A stretch of 63,944 bases of DNA, filler included, from Vicugna vicugna (GCA_013265495.1; 80 parts of 79 records of this genome joined end to end with filler, not necessarily neighbours in it), one strand, 5' to 3'. Shown: positions 1-12,624, counted from the first letter of the whole stretch. The notes: generated by a model from the letters alone, not told the origin. A program made the numbers and translations.

Positions 1-176
1 TCTGCACAGCGCTGCTTCCCTGCGTTACTGCATCCGGTCCCGCCAGGGCACTAAGTCAGCCTTTCTCTTCCTTCCTGTGTCATCGGGTCTCTGTTTTAAG
101 GGAAAACTTTTTTAGGGGTCTTTTTTCACTGCCATGTTTCGTTCAGGTGCTTGTTGCTTTTCTCCCTGTGCTTCAG

Positions 177-391
177 CGTTCCGAGGAGAGAATTCAGCAG
201 TGCAGCCTCCTCTCCGAGATCTATGAGTTGATCGGCTTCCACTGGAAGTCTGTCTCCTTCAAGCGGGTGGCCCCCTTGCGGGCGCGAGGCCCCTGGCATC
301 CCGGAGTCTGGTGGGAAGGCCTGCTCCCTCCTCCTCCTGCAGACGCTTCCTGGCTACAGTCTGTCGCTGGTCCTGCAGGACTTCAGCAAAG
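177..391 (+). pseudogene. TRAPPC9: Degenerate unprocessed copy of a TRAPPC9 (NIBP) internal exon
   Basis: Pyrimidine tract plus CAG acceptor at 174-176 and GT donor at 392. It reads [32 protein letters not shown], then after a +1 frameshift [34 protein letters not shown]. This matches TRAPPC9 [71 protein letters not shown] (recalled). Confidence 0.88.
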
Positions 392-406
392 GTGTTAGAA
401 CTAAAA

Positions 407-506
407 NNNNNNNNNNNNNNNNNNNNNNNNNNNNNNNNNNNNNNNNNNNNTTAATTAATTAANNNNNNNNNNNNNNNNNNNNNNNNNNNNNNNNNNNNNN
501 NNNNNN
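407..506. other. Artificial scaffold-joining spacer N44-TTAATTAATTAA-N44 (first of about 79 copies; the last has its 12-mer at 63565)
   Basis: An identical 12-mer flanked by about 44 N on each side recurs throughout. It puts TAA in all six frames, and the sequences on either side are unrelated. Confidence 0.98.
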
Positions 507-1539
507 CTCATTCCTGGGAGAAACCCCACATCTCCTCCTACTCTGTCTGCTCTACTCTTGAGGCTATTGTCCGGGAGGGATGCAGAGTCCTTGAACCCGG
601 CCCTCCAAACGTACATAAGCAGCCTGTTCAATAAAACAAATTATGCACTTTTCCACATTTGCTAGTTTTTTGATTCCAGAAAGGCTGCGGGACTCTTTCT
701 CACTGTCTCCTGTGCCCCCACCACTTGGTGGTCCTCTCCTCATGGAAACACGATTTCCCACAACTGCACCCTGCCTCCAAGCTTGTCAGAGGGGAGTGAC
801 CCACAAAGACACAGGTGTTTGTGAGGATCCTGTCCCCCAGCAGAAAGCCTACTCTTGGAGCCACGGACAGGGTTCTGGCCTCCTGAGCCGCTCAACTCTA
901 ATTGAAAGCCTAAACTGGGGACCCCGAACATTGCTGAATGACTTTCTGAGTCACCTTGGCCGGAGGGGCCTGATTTTTCGTTCCAGGAATGGATGTAGTG
1001 CAGCCTCCATTTTCAGGGCTGACATACATGATGGATCTAGCTTCCCCAACTGCACCCCAGGAAGGAGAGGCCCTTCCATTCCACTGGTTAGAAACCCATC
1101 CCAGGGNNNNNNNNNNNNNNNNNNNNNNNNNNNNNNNNNNNNNNNNNNNNNNNNNCCCCCTGATTCCTTCCCTGGGCCTTCCCTGCCCTGGCATGACAAC
1201 ACCCCAGGTGGTGCTGTGGGAGGCAGGGAGTGCAGTGACGTGTGGGGGGAGCAGAGCCCCTTGCTNNNNNNNNNNNNNNNNNNNNNNNNNNNNNNNNNNN
1301 NNNNNNNNNTTAATTAATTAANNNNNNNNNNNNNNNNNNNNNNNNNNNNNNNNNNNNNNNNNNNNCGTGGTGCCTTACACGACGTGCAGGATGAGCGGTG
1401 CCTCCCCGCCACCTCCCTCCCCTCCCCTCGAGGGAGATGGCTGGTCCTGGGTTGAGCTTACCTCATAGCAAGCTGTCTCGCAGCCCTCTGTCTAAAGCAA
1501 GATAAAAGCAGGAAAGCTACCTGTGACATTATAGAACCA

Positions 1540-1830
1540 TCCCAAAAGGGAACGGAAGCACCTTTCTTCCCTCCTCTCAGCTGCCTGGAATGTGGACTTG
1601 ATGGTTGACCCTCAGGCAGCCACTTTGGGCCATCAAGTTGACGGGCTGAAAATAACAGGCATCTGGTTCTCTGACCCTTGGGCCTTCATGCAAACCAGCC
1701 CTGCGGTACCGATTACTTGAACTTGACTTCTTTATGTAAGAGGGAAATACAAGTTTAGCATGTGTAAGCTACTGCTGTTATCTGGGGAACAAGCTGTTGT
1801 ACATTGCCACGGTAAGTCCTAACAATAAAG
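1540..1830 (+). mobile_element. Old MaLR LTR fragment (MLT1J/K-like)
   Basis: MLT1-type motifs such as ctgcctggaatgtggacttgatgg...gcagccactttgggccat and the 3' end ttagcatgtgtaagctactg...cctaacaata. Boundaries approximate. Confidence 0.55.
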
Positions 1831-4800
1831 TTAAAGATTCACCAAAAACTATTTACCAAATACTTAATAAATGATAAAGAGTTCCTGATTTTTTTTAATG
1901 CAATGAAATGTAAATCAAGTTTCAGCATATGCTAGTAAAATAAGACANNNNNNNNNNNNNNNNNNNNNNNNNNNNNNNNNNNNNNNNNNNNTTAATTAAT
2001 TAANNNNNNNNNNNNNNNNNNNNNNNNNNNNNNNNNNNNNNNNNNNNAAAACACAAATGCATTACTAGTAGATGAAATAAAATACAGGGAAGGCCTCACA
2101 GCTGGTTGACATAGCAGGCTCTGCTGCTGTGGTCACTCCCTGCTCTTCCGTCTGGACTTTCCTTCCACAGGAATTCACTGACACTGTAACACTGCCTGCG
2201 ACGATGGTAAACAGTCTAGACGCTCCCCCTAGTCTCAGAACGAGCAGCAATGTAAATCTACGCTCTGGCTTACCGTCCTTCTTCAGAAACCAAGAGCACA
2301 TCTAAGGGCCCGGGAGTTCCATGTGGCACAGCACGTGCCATCTTCTCCGTGACAAAACTGAAACTGAAGGCACTGCTGTTCACCTGCACATGTGGGAGTG
2401 TGTTCAGGAGCTGCTGTTTATAAAGAGGAGTTTATAGAAAGGCATCCTGTTAGCCTCCAGAGGGAGAAACAGCCACGGGGCTTGCTTCTGTTGCATTATG
2501 TTCTGAGATGAATAAGTGATGTGTACGCTGTCATTGCTGCTTAAGAAAATGCGAGTTACTACATCGCATCATTGAAAGGCAGTAATACAGAAGGGAAGCA
2601 TGAAGTTGACTGACATGTCTCATTGGGGAAACAAAGCTAATTCTGGTGACTCTTGTAGGGGATTCTGCTTTGCTGCAGAACGTTGTCAGTTAAAGATTTC
2701 TTTAAAAAAAAAAAGGGGAAGCTAACACAGTGTGCTATGTGCTTTTTAGCTGTGTTGTTCATTCCTCTACAATTTCAATCAGGGAAGCAGAGCCCAGAGG
2801 GAAGGGGGGTGGCTGGAAGTCAGGGTTGGCTCTGAGCTTTCCGAAGACCCCTTCTCCTCCTCTCAAAAATTTGTCCTCCTCCCACACACTCAGCACTCCA
2901 CAGGCNNNNNNNNNNNNNNNNNNNNNNNNNNNNNNNNNNNNNNNNNNNNTTAATTAATTAANNNNNNNNNNNNNNNNNNNNNNNNNNNNNNNNNNNNNNN
3001 NNNNNAATCTATCCATTGAAACAATGAAACCACATGGAAGGTTGACAGCTGCATTCTCCATGACATGTAACATTATAAAAACTGCAGTCCCCAGCTCTGT
3101 GGTGTTGACACACACTGAGTGTTTGCAGACCGTAGATACCACATTCTGCAGGGGTGTGTTATAGAACTGGGTCACAGAAAGATCTGACATGCTTCTTGGC
3201 TTTATTTTACAAAGAGAAAACTTACCAGTCACTAACAAGTGAGACTGAACACTTTGGAGCGATGGGATAGAAAATGTGACTTCAGGACAACTCTTGGACA
3301 CATGGTCTAATAAGTCCAGTCCAGCTTGTGGAGGGAACAGGACTGAAAAGCCTGAAACTCTTCAAAATCTGATAAATAAGACTCAATGTCAGATTTCAAA
3401 AGAAACACGATTTTATTCTTCTTATAACTACTTATAACTTAACCCAAGCAACTGAATAGATTCTGAAAGTCAGAAGGACCAATTTTTTGTCACTTGATGT
3501 TAAAGTAACTTTATTTATTGAAAACCTAAGTAGAGCCCTAGAACCAAGTAAGGAAGGAAGAGATTTGTTAATTATTGGGGATAAGATGCNNNNNNNNNNN
3601 NNNNNNNNNNNNNNNNNNNNNNNNNNNNNNNNNTTAATTAATTAANNNNNNNNNNNNNNNNNNNNNNNNNNNNNNNNNNNNNNNNNNNNAGCAACAACTC
3701 TGAGAGTCAGGCTTTTCTACCCAGAGTACAACTGCAGGCAGCAGGCCAGGCACATATCCCTCCCGAGAAAAGACAGAGGTGGGTTGTGACATTTACCCCA
3801 CCCAGGAAGACTCAAAGCTGCACAAAGCCCACGGAACAAAGCTGGAGGGAGACCTCTGCACTTTCCCAGTCATGAGGAATTGAACGGCCATGCAAAACAG
3901 GAGAATCACCTGGCATGAGCCGGGAAACCAAAGAAGGACAACAGGAATCTCGATAACTTAACCAGCAACAATCAGAAAAGAAAGTGTTAGGGAAGCAACA
4001 GAAAAGCGAGGAGACATAAGTGTGGAGCAAGGGCTCACACTGAAGACCCACATTCGACAAACAGACAAAGTCTACGATACTCAGCATGTAAGAACTCTGA
4101 TGCTTCCTGAAGGCACCATCGAAGGTGATAGGGCTGAGGGGAGAAGACNNNNNNNNNNNNNNNNNNNNNNNNNNNNNNNNNNNNNNNNNNNNNNNNNNNN
4201 NNNNNNNNNNNNNNNNNNNNNNNNNNNNNNNNNNNNNNNNNNNNNNNNNNNNNNNNNNNNNNNNNNNNNNNNNNNNNNNNNNNNNNNNNNNNNNNNNNNN
4301 NNNNNNNNNNNNGTCAGGAAGGGGCCAGGCCGAAGTTCAGACGCGTCAGTTCCTGGGTGGGCTGAAAACCACAGAAGGGATGGAGGATTAAGCTCACCTG
4401 CGAAGACTTTGCTGTAGCCACACAAAACATGGTGAGACTTCCTTCCCCGTATCCCACTCGNNNNNNNNNNNNNNNNNNNNNNNNNNNNNNNNNNNNNNNN
4501 NNNNTTAATTAATTAANNNNNNNNNNNNNNNNNNNNNNNNNNNNNNNNNNNNNNNNNNNNCCCCCGACCAGAGGCCCTGGGCAGGACGGCTATGGGAGGG
4601 GCACCCTGAAGACAGATCTTTGCAGGTGGAGTTGGAGGTGCCCTTGAAACATCTACCTGCAGTGTCACGAGTTTAAATAGGAGGTCTTGGCCCAGGCTGT
4701 GCATTTTCCTAAAATCTCAAATCCTGAAGACGCCGAAGTATTGATCACTGAAAGTGAAGTCATACTATAAAGGACAAATGAATAGTAGTATCATCTCTGT

Positions 4801-4922
4801 CATCAAAGCTCACGTCTATTTANNNNNNNNNNNNNNNNNNNNNNNNNNNNNNNNNNNNNNNNNNNNTTAATTAATTAANNNNNNNNNNNNNNNNNNNNNN
4901 NNNNNNNNNNNNNNNNNNNNNN

Positions 4923-5124
4923 ACAATAGGAAAACCCTCAGGGGAGACGAGCTTTGGGTTTCCGTTAAAACCCACGCTCTGCCGAACTTTGGTGAAACCT
5001 CCGCACGCTCAGGATTCCGGAACCATTGTCAGTGCGTGGGGGAGCTCGAGAGACAACTCCACGCAGCTCTCTTCAGTCACAGGTGTTCCCTGTTCGGGGA
5101 AGTCCGAGAAATACCTTCCCTGAT
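4923..5124 (+). repeat. 267-bp GC-rich satellite (family A), partial monomer
   Basis: Carries the consensus ...caggattccggaaccattgtcagtgcgtgggggagctcgagagacaactccacgcagctctcttcagtcacaggtgttccctgttcggggaagtccgagaaatacc. Confidence 0.95.
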
Positions 5125-5799
5125 NNNNNNNNNNNNNNNNNNNNNNNNNNNNNNNNNNNNNNNNNNNNTTAATTAATTAANNNNNNNNNNNNNNNNNNNN
5201 NNNNNNNNNNNNNNNNNNNNNNNNCCTCTCTTGATAGGGGAAGCTTATCATTCACATGGGCACCAGCACATATCTCCACACATAATAGTGGCTCTTAATG
5301 GGTTATTTGCCAATTCTCAAATCATGTGTGAGGCCAGTAGAATGAGGGGTATTATTAGTCTTAAGCCAACTGAGATCTACCTCTGGTGCTTCAGAAAGAG
5401 TGGGTCAATCGAGCTTAAATCACAGGACNNNNNNNNNNNNNNNNNNNNNNNNNNNNNNNNNNNNNNNNNNNNNNNNNNNNNNNNNNNNNNNNNNNNNNNN
5501 NNNNNNNNNNNNNNNNNNNNNNNNNNNNNNNNNNNNNNNNNNNNNNNNNNNNNNNNNNNNNNNNNNNNNNNNNNNNNNNNNNNNNNNNNNNNNNNNNNNN
5601 NNNNNNNNNNNNNNNNNNNNNNNNNNNNNNNNNNNNNNNNNNNNNNNNNNNNNNNNNNNNNNNNNNNNNNNNNNNNNNNNNNNNNNNNNNNNNNNNNNNN
5701 NNNNNNNNNNNNNNNNNCAGACCATGTAGGAGACAGTGCTATACAGTTAGTGTGTCTTTGGGCTCTTTGAGTATTTCAGTTCTTTCACTTAATAGTTGC

Positions 5800-5955
5800 T
5801 TCATTTGGGGCAAATTGCATCATCTCCATGTGGTTCTATTTCCTCATCTGTAAAAGAGATATAATATTACCTTCCCCACAAGGTGATTGTGAGGATTTAG
5901 AAAATTATTTGTGTTCTGAATCAATAGTAAGCATTTAAAGATTCTTAACTATTAT
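5800..5955 (+). mobile_element. MIR SINE fragment
   Basis: MIR core tttcctcatctgtaaaa...ataatattacc...gtgaggatt. Confidence 0.7.
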
Positions 5956-6759
5956 GATTACTTAATACATAATTAAAAAAGTATTATGCAGACTTTTTAA
6001 AAATTCATACTTTTTAAATGGCCTATATGTGCTGTACAAGAGAGGAAAGCTTAATATACCTTCTATAATACACTTTTCTCAGCCTTAACTAATTTTCACA
6101 TTTAATCACACACACACCAAAAAGTTATTCCTTTCACAAGCATGAAGCCTTAACTGTGAACAAAAGGATGATGAAAGAGTGTAGAGGAGGAAATAAAATG
6201 CTTTCTCTACAAACTGATGGCTTAAAAACTAAGAAAAACAANNNNNNNNNNNNNNNNNNNNNNNNNNNNNNNNNNNNNNNNNNNNNNNNNNNNNNNNNNN
6301 NNNNNNNNNNNNNNNNNNNNNNNNNNNNNNNNNNNNNNNNNNNNNNNNNNNNNNNNNNNNNNNNNNNNNNNNNNNNNNNNNNNNNNNNNNNNNNNNNNNN
6401 NNNNNNNNNNNNNNNNNNNNNNNNNNNNNNNNNNNNNNNNNNNNNNNNNNNNNNNNNNNNNNNNNNNNNNNNNNNNNNNNNNNNNNNNNNNNNNNNNNNN
6501 NNNNNNNNNNNNNNNNNNNNNNNNNNNNNNNNNNNNNNNNNNNNNNNNNNNNNNNNNNNNNNNNNNNNNNNNNNNNNNNNNTGTGCTTAGTCTTGAAATT
6601 CACATTCGCTGTAACTTTCTCTCTGGGGCAGCCAGCAGGAGCAGCCAGGGACACTGAGTNNNNNNNNNNNNNNNNNNNNNNNNNNNNNNNNNNNNNNNNN
6701 NNNTTAATTAATTAANNNNNNNNNNNNNNNNNNNNNNNNNNNNNNNNNNNNNNNNNNNN

Positions 6760-7672
6760 AACTTCTTCGTGTGTGTGCTGTTGGTGGAGAAACAGAGTCC
6801 ATGCATAATTAAGGGGGCACACGTATTCCCTTGTTTGGGGTTGTTGGTTAAACACCTGCACTTCCCATGGAGAGGCACTCACTAATACTTGGATTTAGAG
6901 CACAAATCCCACTTTGAACCACACTCCGGAGTATGCAATCCATCAGGGAAGAGAAGCTTAAGGATACTTCTAGGACACTGGCACTGCTGTCAGTTGGTGG
7001 AACTTTCCCACTCTCAGGATTCCGGAAGCCTGGCTTTTGGGGGGGGGGTTTGTGTATCCCCACTCCACGTAGTTGGATGTGGGCACAGGTGTTACCCTTA
7101 AGGGTGAATACATCTAAATATTTCCTCAGTCCATCGGATGGCACTTGCTACTATTCGGCTGCAAATCCCAACCCCCAGCTTTCCCTCAGAGCCAGACCTA
7201 GGGAAAAAATCAGGGATTACAAGCTAAGGGATTCTATTAGAACCCAGGAGCTGCTGTCAGTTGGAGGAACCTCCCCACACTGAGAACACCAGAACACTTT
7301 ATCCTGTGTGTGCTGGATGTAGGGAAACAGAGTCAAAGCATCTTTCAGGGGGCACAGTTATTCCATGGTTGTGGGTTGTATGTTAAACACCCACATCCCA
7401 TGGATATGCTCTCGCTAATACTTGGTTTGGAGTCCAATCCCAACTTTCCCCCGCACACTGGCCTTGGTCAGCCATCATGGAATACAAGTTAAGATATTGT
7501 ATTAGAACTCAGGCGCTGCTGTTAGTTGGAGGAACCTCCCCACACTCAAGACATCTGAACCCAATGTCGTGTGTGTGCTGGAGGAGGGAAACAGAGTCCA
7601 AGCAACTTTATGGGGGCACAGGTAGAAGAGGGAAACAGAGTCCAAGCAACTTTATGGGGGCACAGGTGTTCC
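6760..7672 (+). repeat. Diverged ~266-bp satellite (family B), about 3.4 monomers
   Basis: The core ctgctgtcagttggaggaacctccccacactc recurs at 6984, 7251 and 7516 (periods 267 and 265). Confidence 0.9.
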
Positions 7673-9209
7673 NNNNNNNNNNNNNNNNNNNNNNNNNNNN
7701 NNNNNNNNNNNNNNNNTTAATTAATTAANNNNNNNNNNNNNNNNNNNNNNNNNNNNNNNNNNNNNNNNNNNNTATGATTGCTTTTGTGTTACAACTGAAG
7801 AGTTGAGGAGTTTTGACCAAAACTGTCTGTCAATCTGTTTGTCCCTTGCTCTCTCCCATCCCCTGACCCGATACATCTGCACTCTCTTAATTTTTTCAAT
7901 TATTTTGACTTAGCCTGCCTGAAAGTCCTGCCATGTGGACATGTTAGGTTATTGCAGTTTCAGACATCAAGCTAGTGAATGCCTTGGCTCAGGTCTTGCC
8001 TGGAAAGCTGTATCTGTCTGCATGCCCTAGATGCACAGCTGTGTATAGACCATAGCTCTTTTTACCCTCCTTTCATGAGTGGAGCCCAGTCACAGCTCTG
8101 AGTTTCCAGTGGTGAGACCAGTTCCAGTCCTTGCTGTGTGACCTCTCACCCCACCAGTTTCCACATTAAGCAAGATCTTTACCTTCTCCTCCATGTGCAC
8201 ACTCTAGTGACCTCTCACCTTCACATTATTTATTAACTTAGGCTTCTCTTCTATTTCTGGTCCAAAGAGATATTAACATTTTTTGTAAAGCACATAATGT
8301 TGGTTTGATTTTCTCTTTTATGTTCCCATTCACTGCTATGTGTTTTCAGCAGAAGAAAGTCTCAGCCTATGAATTCATCATTCCGTTTGACTGGGCATCT
8401 GTATTCACTTTTATACATGTTTTCCCACTGNNNNNNNNNNNNNNNNNNNNNNNNNNNNNNNNNNNNNNNNNNNNTTAATTAATTAANNNNNNNNNNNNNN
8501 NNNNNNNNNNNNNNNNNNNNNNNNNNNNNNGAATAAATAATTTAGTGTATGTAATATAACAAATTTATTTTTTTTAAAGAAGGAATTACAGGGAATGGGA
8601 AGGACATCTCCAGTGTGGCTGCTGGCACCCGGGGCAGCTCAGCCCGCGGCCCTGAAGGCACTGTGCGTGCTGGTGTTCCTTGCTGATCCGGTAGCAGCTC
8701 TAGGTATATCCTGGGAGGACCTGACTCTAGCACCTGAGTAACTAGGAGAAGTGGGTGTGTTGTGGTCTCTGATCTAGAACTGGATAACCCTGTGGGGTCA
8801 CAGCTGGGCCAAAGCACAGTGGTGCCCCAGGGCCAGTGGGGGAGCTCTGGCTGAGGTTGGCTGAGGCTCTGGATGTGAGGCCGGGCAGGCGGCTGGCTGA
8901 GGTGGTAGAGGAAGTGCTAGAGCAGCTGTTCCTGATTTTCGGGCTCTGAGATGGAGGACAGCTGTTGCCTGAACCTCCTCACGTGCAGGTGCTTTTCCTG
9001 GCTTTGAACTTAAATGAGAGCTGGGGCAGAAGCAGGCTCTGGCTCTGGTTTTGGAGTTGGTGTATCCCTTCGTCTGGCCCTTGAACTTGAGCAAGGGCTG
9101 TGGCTTGNNNNNNNNNNNNNNNNNNNNNNNNNNNNNNNNNNNNNNNNNNNNTTAATTAATTAANNNNNNNNNNNNNNNNNNNNNNNNNNNNNNNNNNNNN
9201 NNNNNNNAC

Positions 9210-9576
9210 TTCTGGTTTTGCTTCTGATATACTACAGACAAAAGCGTCAGGACGGGCCAGAGCAGGTATGTCTGTCCCTTTGAGACCCAACACATCATTC
9301 ATTTATTCATAACACGTGCACTTCAGTGAGTCTAGGGGAGAGAGGGTGTAGCCACATTAATAAGCAAAATGTATTTGCTTCTTGAGAGCATAGCATTGTC
9401 AGAAGTTGACTTAGCCTTGAATGTTCTAGGAAGGGAGGAACAAATTGTGGAGGTTGGAGGAAGGGAAGGCTTCCTTGGGAAAGAGTCAAAATGAACCTGG
9501 AGGCAAGTGGGAATTAGGAGCAGGTCAGGGGGCTCCTGAAGTCACTGGGGACCTATGTACTGAGATGAGGCTGGGC
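9210..9576 (+). repeat. Duplicated segment (paralogous to 17547-17908), containing L2-like remnants
   Basis: Colinear match from ttctggttttgcttctgatat to gtactgag.tgaggctggg, with scattered substitutions and indels. Confidence 0.9.
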
Positions 9577-10211
9577 GAGCAGGATCTGGGGTGGGGCTAG
9601 AACCCTACCAGGGAGCCTCTGAACTGTTTGAAGTGGGGTTGATGTAATCAAATTTGTGCTTTGGGAAGGCTGTCGTGGCTTTGTGTGTGTGTGTAGCGGG
9701 GAAGAGGTGGAGGGTGCCACCAACTGGGGGATCATTTGAAGACCATTCACAGGCTGGGATATGGGCTTCGGGGCTACTTGGGGACGGCAGGGGCAGTGTG
9801 GATGCCGGCTTTTCTTATGGGGGACTTGTTAGCGGGGCTGCCCTAGAGGCACCTTGTGGCTGGAAGAAAACTGATGGAGGCTGCCAGGTGGACATTCCTC
9901 TTCTCTCTTTCCATGCCTAGTGTGATTATCTTAGCTCAGCCAACATTTGGAACAAAAGAGCTAATCTCCAGGGTTGCCCAGGCCTTTGTAGAGCTCCTTC
10001 ATTGTTAAGCTCCTTCGAGTGAGATCTGATAGGATTTAGGTTTGTGTTCANNNNNNNNNNNNNNNNNNNNNNNNNNNNNNNNNNNNNNNNNNNNTTAATT
10101 AATTAANNNNNNNNNNNNNNNNNNNNNNNNNNNNNNNNNNNNNNNNNNNNTGATTTCCTCCAGTGGTGAAGTGGGAACAGGGGATGTTCATTTCTCGTCC
10201 TTCAGCACTCC

Positions 10212-10630
10212 TCACTGTACCCACTGGAGAAACCCAGAATCCCCAACTGAGAGCAGAAGGAAGAGGAGTTCGGGGCCCTTCCCGGGATCTAGTCTGAACC
10301 ACTGCGTTCCCCTGAAAGAGCTGGCCGTGTAGCTGCAGCTGAGGCCGCGGCTGTCCTCTCCCTCCTGGACTTTCAGGGTCTGAGGACGCTGCTCCACCTG
10401 GTCTCCTCCACTCAACCCTGTTCAGGAAAACAAAATCAGAAATGAAACAAAGCTTTCAGTTTGGCAGTTTTGAAGAATTCCAACAAGAAACCTGGGACGA
10501 GCTGAGACTAAACCCACTTTTCTTCTCAGCTCTGGATAAATGTGCCCTTGTGTTCTCACCTCTTAACCTCCGACTTACCGCCAAGCTGAAGCCACAAGTC
10601 TATGAATGCACATCCCAGCACGTTCTCCAT
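10212..10630 (-). pseudogene. TRAV20: T-cell receptor alpha variable gene, TRAV20-like, 3'-truncated
   Basis: 52-bp leader exon 10630-10579 (MENVLGCAFIDLWLQLG; human TRAV20 MEKMLECAFIVLWLQLG), GTAAG...CAG intron 10578-10418, and V exon [59 protein letters not shown]. Homology ends near 10239 and a stop follows at 10214-10212. No second Cys or RSS. Confidence 0.9.
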
Positions 10631-11332
10631 CCTGGTATCTCAGTCTTGATACAACTTTAATGATTCCAAACCTTCTCCTCGGAGGAACTGTTCCTGTGTC
10701 TTCGTTCTCGTTCTTTGATGCACCGGAGAGCCTTTCTGTTGGCGGCTCGAGAGCAAATCCTCTCAAGAGTGAATGATGCTTGAGGCGCTTGTGGCACGAG
10801 AGGGACGGAACCACTGCCACCGGGTGCTCACAAGCACAACCTCACGGTCCCCTCTCCACGCCACCTCCAGAGATTGTGGGAAGGGCATTTTGATACCTGT
10901 GGGCAGAGAATAAATGCGGTATAAAGCCATAGTCAGGCATTCTCTGCCTGCACTTTTAATGGTTTCATTGTTCCTNNNNNNNNNNNNNNNNNNNNNNNNN
11001 NNNNNNNNNNNNNNNNNNNTTAATTAATTAANNNNNNNNNNNNNNNNNNNNNNNNNNNNNNNNNNNNNNNNNNNNTGGGGCCAGCACCACCCTTTCCAGG
11101 CAGGAGGGAGAACAGAGAGAGATCCTGCATGACTTCTGACCCCCTCCACAATGCTGACTGAGACGAGTTGGATTTGAAACCCTTAGAGACAAGTACAGAC
11201 ATTTCATTCTTCCCTCACAGCCCATGACTGGACTTAGAAAAAATGATACAGCTCATGTGACCCTGGGAGAATCCTGTCCATCCTGGAGGGCTTAAAGAGA
11301 TGGATAGAAGGGGGATCAGGGTGGGTTATGCT

Positions 11333-11455
11333 TAAACCTAACTCTAATTCCAACCCTAACACCCTAACTTATTACCCTAACCTATGACCCTAAACCTAAT
11401 GACCCTACCCTGGGACCCTGGACCCTTGATCCTGACACCTAAACCCTAATCCCTG
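11333..11455 (+). repeat. Degenerate (CCCTAA)n telomere-like tract
   Basis: A run of ccctaa, aaccta, accctg and gaccct variants over about 120 bp. Confidence 0.6.
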
Positions 11456-11579
11456 TTCATCAATTGTACCAAATATGCCACACTGCTGAGGGATGTTGAG
11501 GGTAGGGGAGTATATATGTGTGGGTGGGGATCTCTGTGTGAACTCTGTATTTTCTGCTCAATTCTGTTGTGAACCTGAA
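11456..11579 (+). mobile_element. L1MC-like 3' end fragment
   Basis: tgtaccaaatatgccacactg...gatgttga...ctctgtattttctgctcaattctgttgtgaacct matches the L1MC 3' terminus. Confidence 0.7.
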
Positions 11580-12624
11580 NNNNNNNNNNNNNNNNNNNNN
11601 NNNNNNNNNNNNNNNNNNNNNNNTTAATTAATTAANNNNNNNNNNNNNNNNNNNNNNNNNNNNNNNNNNNNNNNNNNNNTAATCTGCAGCCAAAATCTAC
11701 TATGATTTAAGCTCACAGATTTATCATCTTCCAGACAGGAAGATAAAACTGTTCGCTCTCAATTATCATAACTTTTCTTCCTACATTCCAAGGCACTGGT
11801 TTCTGGGGAGACTTACACTGGATAAAAAGGTCTGTGTCTGCTTAATACTATCAAAGCAACTTTGCTGATTGACAACATTTGTCTGGCTGCACATGTCTGA
11901 CAGCAGTCAGCAGTAAGTCTGTGCTAGAAAAATCTTGGTTTCAGCTATTGCACCCTATAGTCAAAATGAGTATAATGTCGCCAGACCCTGCATTCTTACT
12001 CCCTTATATCAAAAGTGTAGCCATTAGAAAATTGCAAATGCCTCTTCAGCCCACTGCGGCAGCTCTGGCGCAAAGGCGCTCACTCAGAGCAGCAGCTCAA
12101 CAGCTGTAGGTCTCAGCCGCATGGACGAGGGTGTCTGACGTGCCTGGCAGCCATGTGCTGATTTCTGATTGTGATTCAGCTGATGCACCTTTTAATCATC
12201 TGTTTCTTTTTGCTTCCATAGGTTAATATATGAAGGATTTCTAACATCCATGTTACATTCTGAGAAAACAGAATTTATTTAAATTCAATCTGGAGGCTTT
12301 TCAGCTGAGCACACGCACTTCTGGGGATCAGAGCTTAATTAGGTCCCCCGCTGACATCCAACCTATCCAATGTGAGAGCAATCCCCCACCTCCTAGGTTT
12401 CTAGGACATAGAACTGAGCTTCGTTCATTTTCCTGAATACCTCTAAATAAACACAAAACTACCCATGGGGAGAATGTAACTCTTCCTCCCAAGGCCACTC
12501 ACTGCCGCCCACCTGCGCCTTGGGNNNNNNNNNNNNNNNNNNNNNNNNNNNNNNNNNNNNNNNNNNNNTTAATTAATTAANNNNNNNNNNNNNNNNNNNN
12601 NNNNNNNNNNNNNNNNNNNNNNNN

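Noticed and set aside
643..1317. 224-aa ORF
   Set aside because: It spans gaps and ends in the linker, has no recognisable domain, and the surrounding sequence is unassigned.
7584..7668. 44-bp-period duplication at the end of a family B scaffold; also a 30-bp tandem at 17093-17152
   Set aside because: These are ordinary slippage events or contig-end artefacts with no further structure.
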